Positions 28,257 through 36,941 of a DNA stretch of 64,000 bases are shown here, piece after piece. The translations under genes and the position numbers were made by a program. This DNA comes from a virus. Taxonomy: Duplodnaviria > Caudoviricetes. Position 1 is the stretch's first letter. Every line of letters starts with the position of its first letter. The stretch covers positions 6,857 through 70,856 of the IMG/VR virus record IMGVR_UViG_2873180057_000001, one strand, 5' to 3'. Below the pieces are notes generated by a model, which did not search any database, had not been told where the DNA came from, and saw only the letters and a program-made list of their open reading frames with translations.

Positions 28257-28778
28257 CTACGGGTTGTTGTTGGTTTTGGCCCACACGCCGCTGGTCTTGG
28301 TGTGGACGGTGCGCCGGTCCTGATAGACGGGGCCCTCGAAGTGGTTGTGGATCTCGCGCGGCGGGGCGGCTTTGACGACGCCCTTGATGAGCAGGGCGAG
28401 CCCGCCACCGGCGGCGCCCACGCAGCCGATCGCCACGGCGATCCACTTGAGGGCTTCCGGGTCGGCGTGGCCGGTCGACCACAGGCACAGGCTGGTGACG
28501 AGGCCCGGCGGGACGGTCGCGCAGCCGATGTACAGGCACAGGCGGCCGATCTGTGTGAGGTGCGGGTCCATGGGCGGGATGCCCGGCTGGGCCAGGGGCG
28601 GAGCGCTGCCGGTCTCGGGTACGGGGCTGGTGTCGCGGTAGCTGATCGCGGTCTTGGCGAGTTCCTCGCGGAGGGCGGCGTCGACCGCGTCACGAAGGGA
28701 CTGGCCGCCGGGGCTAGGCGTGGACCGCTGCCCGACCGCGAGGTCGAGCGGCGGCCGGTCAGGCAGCGGCTGGTACAT
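28257..28778 (-). CDS. two-TM membrane protein (Spd-like)
   Basis: P-rich N-terminus, two hydrophobic helices, HNHFEGPVYQD tail. Confidence 0.65.
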   Translation of the reverse strand: MYQPLPDRPPLDLAVGQRSTPSPGGQSLRDAVDAALREELAKTAISYRDTSPVPETGSAPPLAQPGIPPMDPHLTQIGRLCLYIGCATVPPGLVTSLCLWSTGHADPEALKWIAVAIGCVGAAGGGLALLIKGVVKAAPPREIHNHFEGPVYQDRRTVHTKTSGVWAKTNNNP

Positions 28779-28787
28779 GGGGGTCTC

Positions 28788-28988
28788 CTAAGCGGCGTGG
28801 TTGGTGAGGCTTCGGGTGACGGCGTCGATGGCGGCCTGCTTGGTGGCGTGCCCGCCGGAGCGGACCGTGGCGCCGTCGACACGCAGCACCTGGCCGTTTC
28901 CGTCGCGGGCGACAGCCGCCCACACCAGGCTGTCCGCGCCACCGGACGTGACGGGGATCTGGAAGGGCTCGATCGTGCGGTCAGGCAT
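28788..28988 (-). CDS. hypothetical protein
   Basis: GAGG SD; HATKQAAID motif. Confidence 0.6.
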   Translation of the reverse strand: MPDRTIEPFQIPVTSGGADSLVWAAVARDGNGQVLRVDGATVRSGGHATKQAAIDAVTRSLTNHAA

Positions 28989-29078
28989 GAGGGTTTCCTC
29001 TCGGGTGGTGGGTTGTTCGGGGGTGGGGCCGGGGCTGTTCCGGCTCCGTGAGTGCAGTGCTCCTTAAGGGCCGGGGCG

Positions 29079-29294
29079 CTACCGTCCGTGCGCCCTGGAG
29101 GTGAGCTTGAGATCGTCGATGCTGCCGACGATCTCGTTGTCGCAGAGTTGGTGACAGCCTCCGCATTCACCGGTGACGGTCATGACCATCAGCCCCTGGT
29201 TGCGCTTGCCTTTCAGTGACTGGAAGGTGTTGGTGACGGATACGAACCCGGATCCGCAGCCCCGCGGGCAGACGAGCGCTGGCTGCACGGCCAT
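29079..29294 (-). CDS. small zinc-ribbon protein
   Basis: CPRGC and CGGC pairs; TGATG coupling. Confidence 0.6.
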   Translation of the reverse strand: MAVQPALVCPRGCGSGFVSVTNTFQSLKGKRNQGLMVMTVTGECGGCHQLCDNEIVGSIDDLKLTSRAHGR

Positions 29295-30073
29295 CAGTTG
29301 GCCGCCCTCGCATCCGTCTTGGCTTTGCCGGTGCCATTACAGATGCCGCAGACGACGGTTCTCTGCTCGCCGCCGAACGCGGAGTACAAGGCGCCGTCTG
29401 TGCACCAGCGGCACAGGCCGAGGCGGGTGGCTTTGGCTGGTGAGGGCGGCTTGTTCTGCTTCTCCCAGGCGGTGTCGCTCATCGCCTTGCTGGTGTTGGT
29501 CTTGGTGACAGGTGCCGCCGCGGGCGTGGACTTAGTGGCTGTTCCGGCGGTGGGTTTAGCGACTTGGGCGTACCAGGTGCCGCCGACCGTCTTCCCGCCG
29601 TGCTTCTGCTTTTCGTGGCCGCGCAGGGCCTTGGTGGCCTCCTTCGCGTCACGGAAGCGCGGCTTCTGCTTCCAGCCGCAGGGGCAGGAGCAGCCGACGA
29701 GGCCGGATCGTTTCTCGGCGCCGAACCGGGATGCCTTGTACACGGCCCACTTGGAGACGCGGGCCTTGGTGGGGGTGGCGGGGCAGGGCTTGGAGCCGGA
29801 GAAGCTGCCGTCCTTGCGCTTGGTGAAGATCTGTCCGTTGCCGCCGCAGGTGGTGCAGCCTTGGTGGGTGGCTCGGAGGATCGCGGCGTCCTTGCGGGAG
29901 CGGACCCCGTCCTTGTGGAGGTCGAGGTGGTCGACGGCCCGGATCAGGGCCCAGGCGGTGAACCGGGCGTGCAGGGGGCCGTTGCGGGGGACGCGGGGGC
30001 GGCGGGCGCGGGTGACGGCCTTACGGCGGCGCGCGGTGGTGCGTTTCCGGGTGGTCGGCTTCCTGGTGGCCAT
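29294..30073 (-). CDS. basic multi-zinc-finger protein (DnaJ-type CxxCxGxG)
   Basis: CTTCGGNG, CPCGW..H...H, CRWC..G, CGICNGTG; AGGAG SD. Confidence 0.75.
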   Translation of the reverse strand: MATRKPTTRKRTTARRRKAVTRARRPRVPRNGPLHARFTAWALIRAVDHLDLHKDGVRSRKDAAILRATHQGCTTCGGNGQIFTKRKDGSFSGSKPCPATPTKARVSKWAVYKASRFGAEKRSGLVGCSCPCGWKQKPRFRDAKEATKALRGHEKQKHGGKTVGGTWYAQVAKPTAGTATKSTPAAAPVTKTNTSKAMSDTAWEKQNKPPSPAKATRLGLCRWCTDGALYSAFGGEQRTVVCGICNGTGKAKTDARAAN

Positions 30074-30118
30074 GGTCTGGGTCTCCTGGTCGGTCGATCA
30101 TTTTGCGACGGTTTGCGA

Positions 30119-30275
30119 GGTGCTCGGCAGGTGCTCGCGGGTGCTCCGCTGCAGGTCAGAGCTGCTCGGGGCGCTGCTCGGCGGGTGCTCGGCGATCTTG
30201 GCGAGCAGTGGGGCGAGCACTTGGTCGAGCGGCTCTGAGCTGCGGGCGAGCAGCACCGAGCACCTTGCGAGCAGT
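30119..30275. repeat. clt-like array of 8-bp repeats (candidate TraB recognition sequences)
   Basis: G(G/C)TGCTC(G/C) at 30119, 30130, 30140, 30161, 30173, 30184; inverted CGAGCA(C/G)N at 30202, 30214, 30247, 30257, 30268 plus degenerate copies at 30226 and 30236; intergenic, directly downstream of traB. Confidence 0.8.
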
Positions 30276-30282
30276 TCACTTT

Positions 30283-32313
30283 TCAGGTCAAAGCGGTCAG
30301 CGCTTCGAGCTTGTAGCCGCGAGGGTTCCTCAACCCGTCGATGTCACCGATGGGGACCGGCGCCCCCACGCCGACGTCCCGGAAGGTCTTGCGCAGCGCG
30401 GCCACCGTCAGTCCGCCGTAGGCGTCGGGGTCGAACCTGGCGAGAGCTTCGGTCAGCGGCTCGGGCCGGATGCGCTCCACGCCGGCGTCGGCCATCACCT
30501 CGATGGCGTCGGCCACGATCTGCTGGTCTCCCGAGAGCGCGGCACTCCCGCCGTCCGCAAGGTGCAGCAGGCCAGCTGCGGCGAGGGTGTCGCGGTCGAA
30601 CCAGGGGCGGCCCGCGGCCTGCCGGTCGGCGACGGCCTGCTTGATGCCGTCCCGGCTGTGCTCGTTCCACCCGTACAGCAGGGGCCGCTCCAGGCCGGGG
30701 CCCTTGATGTAGGACTGGCCGGCGTCGTTCTTGATCTGCTTGTTCTGTGCGGGCACGAGCCGGTCGGGGCGGAAGCCCTTCGCTGCAGCGCCCTGTCCGA
30801 GGACGATGCGGATGTCATCCCACCGCGACGCGAGCATGATCCGCAGGGTGAAGGAATCCGCGATCGCGTCACCCATGGCGTCCGAGGTGGCGTCCTGCCC
30901 GGCGGCGACCGGGTAGATCCCGGACTGCTTCGCCAGCCGCAGCAGCTCGATGAACAACTCCTTCGCCCGGAGGCTGAGGTAGATGAACTCGTCGATGAAC
31001 GGGAAGATCGCCGGGTGCTTGCGGGTCGCAACCCAGGTGTCGCCCATGTTCAGCCGGTTCCGCACAATATTGCGGCCCTTGGCCATCTTCACCAGGTGCT
31101 CGAGCCACTGCTCACACGCCTTGTTCCCGCGGATCGGTGGCACCGCCATCACGCCTTCGAACTCGCGCAGCCCGTCCTTGACCGGGTCCATGTCGAGCGC
31201 AATGGCGTTGTGGCAGGCCGTGACGACCTCGGCGAGGTCGCGCAGCACACCGGTCGTCTTCGCGGCGCCGGACACGCCGATCACCAGGATCCGCAGGCCC
31301 TCGAGGACGAGGTCGAGCGAGGTGGCGTCCATGCAGCGGCCGAAGTTGTGCGCGTCGGTGATGTCCAGGCTGTCCGGGGCGTGCACGACCGGCCTGGCCA
31401 TGTCCTCGAACGGGTTCCCGGTGACCAGGCGCAGCGCCAGGTGCGCGGACGCCGACGGGTCGGGGTCGATGAGGGTGCCGCCCTGCTTGATGTCGAAGTG
31501 CGCGTCCAGTTGGTCGGCGGCGGCGTTGACCTTGCCGACGGTGGCGCCCTTGAGGACGACGTCGATCTCCCAGAACTTGCCGCGGAATCCGAGCGCCCGC
31601 ACCGCGCGGGTACCGATGCCCTCCGCGGCCAGCGCCCGGGAGACGCACTCCTCGACCTGGCCGTGCGACTGGCACATGGCCAGCGGGAACGGCTCATCCG
31701 AATCGGGATCGTCCTGTTCGGCGATGTATGCCTCAGGGGCGATGTCGGGCCGGTTGAGCCGGTAGCGGCCGTAGGCGGTGACTGCGGTCCCGGCGATGAG
31801 GCCGGTGCCGGTGGGCGGGATCGCCATGGACACTCCGGTCGGGTCCATGCCTCCGGCGGTGGTCAGCGCGATCCAGCCGCTGAGGTTCAGCGCGCCAGTA
31901 ATGCCGGCCGCCCAGCCGAGGAGCTTCCACCGGCGGTGGCGCAGGTCGTCGTTGCGGCGCCAGTCCGCCGAGGAGGTGATGCCGCCGATGTTCTCCTGGT
32001 AGTCGTGCGAGCGCACATACCGCCAGCCGAGGTAGGCGACGGCTTTGGCGCCGTGCCCGAACCAGCGGCCGAGCGTGCCGCTGGTTCGGGCGGTCAGGCC
32101 GACGGCCCGGCCCGTGACGGCCGCGGCCACCATGGCGGCGGAGCCGACCTTGTGCAGCGCCGGGGTGCCGGGCTCGTACACCTCGACGACACCGGGCGCG
32201 ATGTCGTCCTCGTCGTCGTAGCCTTCGAGGCTGTCGGGCACGACAACCTCCCCCGGCACGATCTTGTCCAGGTCCCAGTCCGCGGGCAGCCCGCGGTTCA
32301 TCTCGGTCGTCAT
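30283..32313 (-). CDS. traB: FtsK/SpoIIIE-family conjugative DNA translocase (TraB-like)
   Basis: Two N-terminal TM segments, Walker A GVSGAAKT, DPVK, Walker B FPFIDE, AGQ motif, C-terminal wHTH-like domain ending NPRGY. Confidence 0.8.
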   Translation of the reverse strand: MTTEMNRGLPADWDLDKIVPGEVVVPDSLEGYDDEDDIAPGVVEVYEPGTPALHKVGSAAMVAAAVTGRAVGLTARTSGTLGRWFGHGAKAVAYLGWRYVRSHDYQENIGGITSSADWRRNDDLRHRRWKLLGWAAGITGALNLSGWIALTTAGGMDPTGVSMAIPPTGTGLIAGTAVTAYGRYRLNRPDIAPEAYIAEQDDPDSDEPFPLAMCQSHGQVEECVSRALAAEGIGTRAVRALGFRGKFWEIDVVLKGATVGKVNAAADQLDAHFDIKQGGTLIDPDPSASAHLALRLVTGNPFEDMARPVVHAPDSLDITDAHNFGRCMDATSLDLVLEGLRILVIGVSGAAKTTGVLRDLAEVVTACHNAIALDMDPVKDGLREFEGVMAVPPIRGNKACEQWLEHLVKMAKGRNIVRNRLNMGDTWVATRKHPAIFPFIDEFIYLSLRAKELFIELLRLAKQSGIYPVAAGQDATSDAMGDAIADSFTLRIMLASRWDDIRIVLGQGAAAKGFRPDRLVPAQNKQIKNDAGQSYIKGPGLERPLLYGWNEHSRDGIKQAVADRQAAGRPWFDRDTLAAAGLLHLADGGSAALSGDQQIVADAIEVMADAGVERIRPEPLTEALARFDPDAYGGLTVAALRKTFRDVGVGAPVPIGDIDGLRNPRGYKLEALTALT

Positions 32314-33653
32314 CACTGGTCCTTCTTGCGCGAGTTGCGGGCGGCGATGGAGGCCTGCTTGCGAGCCCCGGAAACGTAGGGCGCGGTGTCGCCCTTGGCG
32401 CGCACACCGCGACGAGCGGGCGGGTTGTAGACGCGCGGCTTGTTGGGCCCGAGCACTTGCGATGCCGCCTGCGCGGATGATCCGGTTACGGGTCGCTTCT
32501 CGCGGGCTGCTGAGACCCTCGCTTCGGCGGCGTTGCGCATGCGGAGAACGTCTGCTGATTCGCCGGGCGGGGCGCCCTCGACGTCGAGCTTGGCGCGCTT
32601 CCAGATCGCCTCGGTGACTGTCGTCTCGCCGAGGTCCGCAGCCAGTCGGAGTGCGTGAGCCCACACCTTCGGGAACTGCGTCGCGCGCGTATCGGCGAGC
32701 TGCGCTACAGCCTCCTTGGCTGCCTCGTCCGCGGCTTCCTTCTCGGCCCGGCGGCGGGCGTCCTCGTCGGCCTTGCGCTTCGCCTCAGCCTTCGCGGCCT
32801 TCTCCTGCGCCTTCCGTTCGCGGCGGGTGAGGGCACCGTCGCGCTTGCGGATCCGGCCGTGCTCGTGCAGATCCCACACACCGGGGCCGGCGACGGACGC
32901 GAACGCGGTCGCGATGGCGGTGCCCGGGTCGAACGCGTGGAGGCCGTGGTACAGGTTGACGCCCGCGGCGACGAAGGCGAGGAACCAAACGATGGTGCGG
33001 TAGTGCCACACTGGCCGCTTGCTCACGGCAGCGGCGCGGGCCCCGCGGTGCACGACCCAGGCCGCGCCTTCGAGCATCACCGGTGTGGCCGCCATCCACG
33101 GGGCGCGCGGGTTCCAGAAGAACGACATCTGCACGGGCAGTGACACGATGCCGCACACAATCGCGAACTTGATCGCATAGGACCGCCACTTGTCGTCAGC
33201 TTCGCTGACCTCTGCGGCAGTCCTGGCTTCCGACGCCTTCTGCTCCTGCGCCTGACGGTCGGCTTCCAGCCGGGCGCGTTCAATTTCGTCGCGCTTGCGG
33301 TTGAGTTCGGCGACGCGCGCCCGACTGGCGGCCTGGTCTTCGGCGGCTCGCCGCTCGGCCTTGTCGTTGGCCAGTCGCAGCTTGCGGGCTTCCTCTGCGG
33401 CCTTGATCTCTGCGGCCTTCGCTTCTGCTTCAGCTGTGATCCGCTTTGCTTCGGCGTCGGCCCAGGCCTTGGCTCGGATCGCTTCGGCCTGCGCTTCGGC
33501 CACCGCATCCGGGATGTCGACGGCGGCCGGTTCAGGGGTGCGCTGCTCCTCGACGAGCTCGGGATCGCGCTGGTCCGTGATGGGCCGCCAGTCCCCGAAC
33601 ACGGGCATGGTCGGCCTCCGGTGGCCGTTCATCAGGGGCGGGCTGGCGGTCAT
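32313..33653 (-). CDS. coiled-coil multi-TM protein (SpdB/DUF2637-like)
   Basis: Long A/E/K/R coiled coil, four TM helices, second coiled coil; TGATG-coupled to traB. Confidence 0.7.
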   Translation of the reverse strand: MTASPPLMNGHRRPTMPVFGDWRPITDQRDPELVEEQRTPEPAAVDIPDAVAEAQAEAIRAKAWADAEAKRITAEAEAKAAEIKAAEEARKLRLANDKAERRAAEDQAASRARVAELNRKRDEIERARLEADRQAQEQKASEARTAAEVSEADDKWRSYAIKFAIVCGIVSLPVQMSFFWNPRAPWMAATPVMLEGAAWVVHRGARAAAVSKRPVWHYRTIVWFLAFVAAGVNLYHGLHAFDPGTAIATAFASVAGPGVWDLHEHGRIRKRDGALTRRERKAQEKAAKAEAKRKADEDARRRAEKEAADEAAKEAVAQLADTRATQFPKVWAHALRLAADLGETTVTEAIWKRAKLDVEGAPPGESADVLRMRNAAEARVSAAREKRPVTGSSAQAASQVLGPNKPRVYNPPARRGVRAKGDTAPYVSGARKQASIAARNSRKKDQ

Positions 33654-33674
33654 GACGGGCAGGTCCTTTCAGGG

Positions 33675-33749
33675 TCAGTGAGTGATCAGGTAGGCGATGA
33701 GGGTCAGCGGGAGCGGCAGGAGAATCCCGGCCGCGTAGACCAGACGCAT
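33675..33749 (-). CDS. 24-aa hydrophobic peptide
   Basis: GGAGG SD; MRLVYAAGILLPLPLTLIAYLITH. Confidence 0.5.
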   Translation of the reverse strand: MRLVYAAGILLPLPLTLIAYLITH

Positions 33750-33750
33750 G

Positions 33751-33993
33751 TCACGCCTCCGGCTTCGGCATGGCCCGGCAGTGGGTGGCGTGGTCGTTGG
33801 CCTTGTCACGGGCATCCCAGTCGTATCGACCGATGACGTTGTCCGTGTCGTCGCAGCCGAGGCACTTCCAGTGGTTGTCCTCCAGGCCGTAGAGGCCTGA
33901 GCCGGTGACGACGACGATCGCGCCGCCCTGGGTGAGGAACCGCATTAGGACGTTCGGGCCGGTCTTGTCGGGCTCGACGGTGGTCTCGGGCAT
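33751..33993 (-). CDS. small zinc-binding protein
   Basis: AAGGAGG SD; WKCLGC...ANDHATHCRAMP. Confidence 0.7.
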   Translation of the reverse strand: MPETTVEPDKTGPNVLMRFLTQGGAIVVVTGSGLYGLEDNHWKCLGCDDTDNVIGRYDWDARDKANDHATHCRAMPKPEA

Positions 33994-34043
33994 GGCGGCC
34001 TCCTTGCGTCGGGTCAGGAACGGGGGAAGGGCGAGCAGGGGCA

Positions 34044-34250
34044 TCAGCTATCTCCTCGGCTGCGTCGGGTGCCGGTCTTGCGCCACCCAAACCCGCCGGG
34101 CAGGTCCATGGAGGTGGTGGTGCGGCCGGTGCTGGACCAGGTGCGCTTCGGTCCGTTGCGCGGGCCGACGGTGATCGACCACGACTTGCGGTTGATGTTG
34201 AGCCGCACTCCGGGGAGGATCCGGTAGCTCTTGCGGAACGTGATCGGCAT
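34044..34250 (-). CDS. DUF4236-like protein
   Basis: FRKS.RI.PGVRLN.....S...G...G......LPGG motif. Confidence 0.8.
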   Translation of the reverse strand: MPITFRKSYRILPGVRLNINRKSWSITVGPRNGPKRTWSSTGRTTTSMDLPGGFGWRKTGTRRSRGDS

Positions 34251-34263
34251 GGCGTTCTCCTCT

Positions 34264-34560
34264 CTAGGCGTGCGCGCCGGTGCGCGCCTTGTGGAATTCG
34301 CGGACGAACTCGTCAGTCAGGCCGGAGCCGACAGCGGCACCCACCGGGCCGATCCCAGTGACGGACGCCGCCCACAGCTCCAGCCAGGCCGCCCTCGTCG
34401 CCAAGTAGTTGATGACCGGCCGCAGGCAGCGGACCGTGAGGACGACCGTGCCGAGCAGGGTCATGACGGTCAGGGCAAGGAGCCGCAGCGCCCACACCCG
34501 CAGCACCACGACGGCGCGGCGGAACTGGCCCGGCTTCGCGGTTATCAGGTACGGGCGCAT
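34264..34560 (-). CDS. small membrane protein
   Basis: AGGAGG SD; hydrophobic central segment. Confidence 0.6.
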   Translation of the reverse strand: MRPYLITAKPGQFRRAVVVLRVWALRLLALTVMTLLGTVVLTVRCLRPVINYLATRAAWLELWAASVTGIGPVGAAVGSGLTDEFVREFHKARTGAHA

Positions 34561-34656
34561 CGGAGCCTCCTCTCGGTGGGTTGGTGTGGGGTGGGGGTTC
34601 TGATCGGATGTCCAGGGCGCACGTGCCGGGGTGGGACGTGCGCCGAGGACGACCGG

Positions 34657-34833
34657 TCAGTGGTCGTTGTTGGCTGCGTCCATCGCCTGGTTGAGGCGCT
34701 CGGCCTCGTCCTTGGCGGCGGCCTTGGTGGCGTGCCACGAGCTGACGTTTCCGTGCGGGTCGACGACGGGGTATCCGCCGCCTTCCGGGGGCTCGAATGC
34801 CTCGTTGGCGCGGGAACGGGAGAACAGGCCCAT
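34657..34833 (-). CDS. hypothetical protein
   Basis: AGGAG SD; MGLFSRSRANEAFEPPEGGGYPVVDPHG...HATKAAAKD. Confidence 0.6.
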   Translation of the reverse strand: MGLFSRSRANEAFEPPEGGGYPVVDPHGNVSSWHATKAAAKDEAERLNQAMDAANNDH

Positions 34834-34850
34834 CAGGGCTCCTCTCGGGG

Positions 34851-35006
34851 CTACTGCTCGTCGGGGACGGACGCCCTGAGGTGCGCGTCCATCAGGGCCG
34901 CCTCAACGTCGAGCTCTTCACCGGCGTTGATGCGGGCGAGGACCTGCTCGTCCTCCTCGAACTGGCGCTGATGGAACTCGCGCTGGTCGAATCCGGGGTT
35001 GGACAT
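34851..35006 (-). CDS. small acidic protein
   Basis: MSNPGFDQREFHQRQFEEDEQVLARINAGEE... Confidence 0.5.
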   Translation of the reverse strand: MSNPGFDQREFHQRQFEEDEQVLARINAGEELDVEAALMDAHLRASVPDEQ

Positions 35007-35012
35007 GGCCGG

Positions 35013-35234
35013 TCAGCCGCGCTGGACGGTGTTGCCCTGGCCCATGACGACGCCCGGACCGACCGTGATCGTGCTGTCGCCGGACGCCTGGATGCCGTTG
35101 TTCACCGGCCCGCCAGACGCCGCCTTCATGTCGTCCGCGACCTTCGCGCTGGTCCCGTCGCCGGACACACTCATATCGACGCCGGCGAGAGTGATGTCCT
35201 CGCCGCCAGTCACGTGAATACCGCTGCCCCTCAT
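35013..35234 (-). CDS. small G/S/T/V-rich beta protein
   Basis: AAGGAG SD; MRGSGIHVTGGEDITLAG... Confidence 0.6.
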   Translation of the reverse strand: MRGSGIHVTGGEDITLAGVDMSVSGDGTSAKVADDMKAASGGPVNNGIQASGDSTITVGPGVVMGQGNTVQRG

Positions 35235-35271
35235 GGATCTCCTTCGCTGGATGGGTGTTGGTGGTGGTGCG

Positions 35272-35321
35272 TGCCCCGGGCCCGCTTCGAACGGACGCCC
35301 TCGCGGCAGGGATGCCGGGGC
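35272..35321 (-). ncRNA. tRNA-like mini structure (acceptor stem plus T arm)
   Basis: GCCCCGG-CAT-CCCT(GCCGCG)AGGG-C-GTCCG(TTCGAAG)CGGGC-CCGGGGC-A; intergenic. Confidence 0.5.
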
Positions 35322-35379
35322 TGGAAGCCGTGGCGGCGGAGGGGGAACACCCGCCACCACGGCGGTACAAGAGCGGCGC

Positions 35380-35550
35380 TCAGGCCGCGGCGGGATAGTC
35401 GAAACCGAGGAACTCGTCGACCAGCCCGAGGCTGATCTCGTAGGCGACGTCGAGGAGTTCGGCCTGCCGGGCGACGTCGCCCGCCTCACGCGCCGCCGCG
35501 AACTCGGCGAACAGACCAGCGATCGCAGCATCGTCCAGGAAGACAGTCAC
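35380..35550 (-). CDS. small acidic protein
   Basis: GTGA coupling; VTVFLDDAAIAGLFAEF... Confidence 0.6.
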   Translation of the reverse strand: MTVFLDDAAIAGLFAEFAAAREAGDVARQAELLDVAYEISLGLVDEFLGFDYPAAA

Positions 35551-35930
35551 CGCTGCTCACCCCCCGACTCCAGCTCGGGCCGGGCCTCCGCCGGGCGGCT
35601 GTTCTGCTGCAGCCACGCCACCGCCGCCGGATGCAGGCCCGGATAGTCCGAAGCCAGCGGCGCCACATCGACGTCCCGCATGCACTCCCCGGCGGGCAGC
35701 GGACGCAGGTACTCCGGCAGCACGCACTCGTCACGGCCCGTCCGCAGATCACGGACCCGGACCCGCTTCGGGTAGTGGTAGTCGAGGCAGCCCGCCCGGA
35801 CCACACCCACCGACGTGTGACCGGGCTCCCCCAGCCAGAACCTCGCCGGATCCCGGACCAGCACATACGAGCCGGACTCGAACGCGGGCACAGGCAGAGG
35901 CTCATGCAGGTTGATGTGGATGAACGTCAC
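35547..35930 (-). CDS. hypothetical protein (SH3/KOW-like beta barrel)
   Basis: Coupled ORF; FESGSYVLVRD...VGVV...VRVRD...EYLRPL. Confidence 0.6.
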   Translation of the reverse strand: MTFIHINLHEPLPVPAFESGSYVLVRDPARFWLGEPGHTSVGVVRAGCLDYHYPKRVRVRDLRTGRDECVLPEYLRPLPAGECMRDVDVAPLASDYPGLHPAAVAWLQQNSRPAEARPELESGGEQR

Positions 35931-36157
35931 GACTCGTCACCACCCTCAACGACCACGAGGAACGCGTCCTCACGCATCGACATCACGACACGGGCCGGGA
36001 CGCCCTCCGCGCGACGCTCAGCAGCGAACTGGTCCGCGGGCCAGGAGCCGTGCGGGTTACCCGCCGGGACACGATGCAGAACCGTGCGGGGGCGGCGGAC
36101 GTAGGAGGCGGCAGCGTGAGCCGCGACATCGGCCGGGGACATGGTGTTGGTGTTCAT
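35927..36157 (-). CDS. hypothetical protein
   Basis: Coupled at both ends by 4-nt overlaps. Confidence 0.65.
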   Translation of the reverse strand: MNTNTMSPADVAAHAAASYVRRPRTVLHRVPAGNPHGSWPADQFAAERRAEGVPARVVMSMREDAFLVVVEGGDES

Positions 36158-36717
36158 GCCGCTCCCCCGTTCCGGACTCGGCGCAGCGCCTCGTCGGCCT
36201 GCGAGGGGACGGCGGCCAGGGAGTCGTCGGGCAGTGTCTCCACCAAGCGGCGGACGTCCTCGCCGAACGCGGCGATCTGATCAGCCAGGGCCAGTCCCGC
36301 GGTGCGGCCGTAGACGGCGACCTCGCAGTCGACATCGACGGCCAGGCACGGCCGGGCGGCAGGGTTGTCCGCATCAGCGGCGGGCCACCACGACAGATAC
36401 ACCTCAGTCGGCGCGTTCACGCTCTGGTCCGCCGCCAGATTCAAGGCCGCAGACGCGCCCTGGTGGTTGACGTCCTCCAGGGAGAAAACGCGATCCGCGA
36501 TGTGGCTGACGGTGCACCATGTCGGGCATTCCACGTAGGCGACGGTGCCCGGCTCAGTCGACCGACCGACCCGCACGGGGACCAGGCGATAGCCGGGCTG
36601 GACAGAGGGCGCAGCGGCGGCGCGCTCGCCAGTGTCGGTCAGCGCGAACGGGACCGGGGCGTCGGCCTCGGCCGACGCAGGCTGCACAGGGGCAGCGGTA
36701 AAGTACGACGTAGCCAT
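36154..36717 (-). CDS. DUF6907-like protein
   Basis: ECPTWCTVSH...H motif; first gene after leftward promoter. Confidence 0.7.
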   Translation of the reverse strand: MATSYFTAAPVQPASAEADAPVPFALTDTGERAAAAPSVQPGYRLVPVRVGRSTEPGTVAYVECPTWCTVSHIADRVFSLEDVNHQGASAALNLAADQSVNAPTEVYLSWWPAADADNPAARPCLAVDVDCEVAVYGRTAGLALADQIAAFGEDVRRLVETLPDDSLAAVPSQADEALRRVRNGGAA

Positions 36718-36870
36718 CAGGGGACCCTTCAGAGATTCCTGGTGGTGAGGCGGTCCTGGCTTGGGAGTGGAGTCCCGGCGCCGGGGCCGCCGTTTTCGTT
36801 TATGGGGGCAGCCGGTGGAGCGACTGCCAACGAAGTTCCGGGCGGTGGAGCGCCCTCGGCTTCAACACCC

Positions 36871-36935
36871 ATATTGAGGATCGCTTGGGGCGATGTCAAC
36901 ACCCCATTGAAGACTGGCGTGTTGACTTCTACCCT
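36871..36935. promoter_or_regulatory. back-to-back sigma70/HrdB-type promoters with operator-like repeats
   Basis: Minus: TTGACA(36899-36894)-17-CAATAT(36876-36871). Plus: TTGAAG(36907)-17-TACCCT(36930) with ATG 6 nt later. TCAACAC repeats overlap both. Confidence 0.7.
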
Positions 36936-36941
36936 GATCTC

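Noticed and set aside
30119-30275. Repeat array as CRISPR or coding repeat
   Set aside because: Units are 8 bp with mostly 2-4 bp spacers and inverted halves; no cas genes; overlapping ORFs are implausible.
35272-35321. Canonical tRNA gene or attachment site
   Set aside because: Only 50 nt with no proper D and anticodon arms; no integrase nearby and no second copy noticed.
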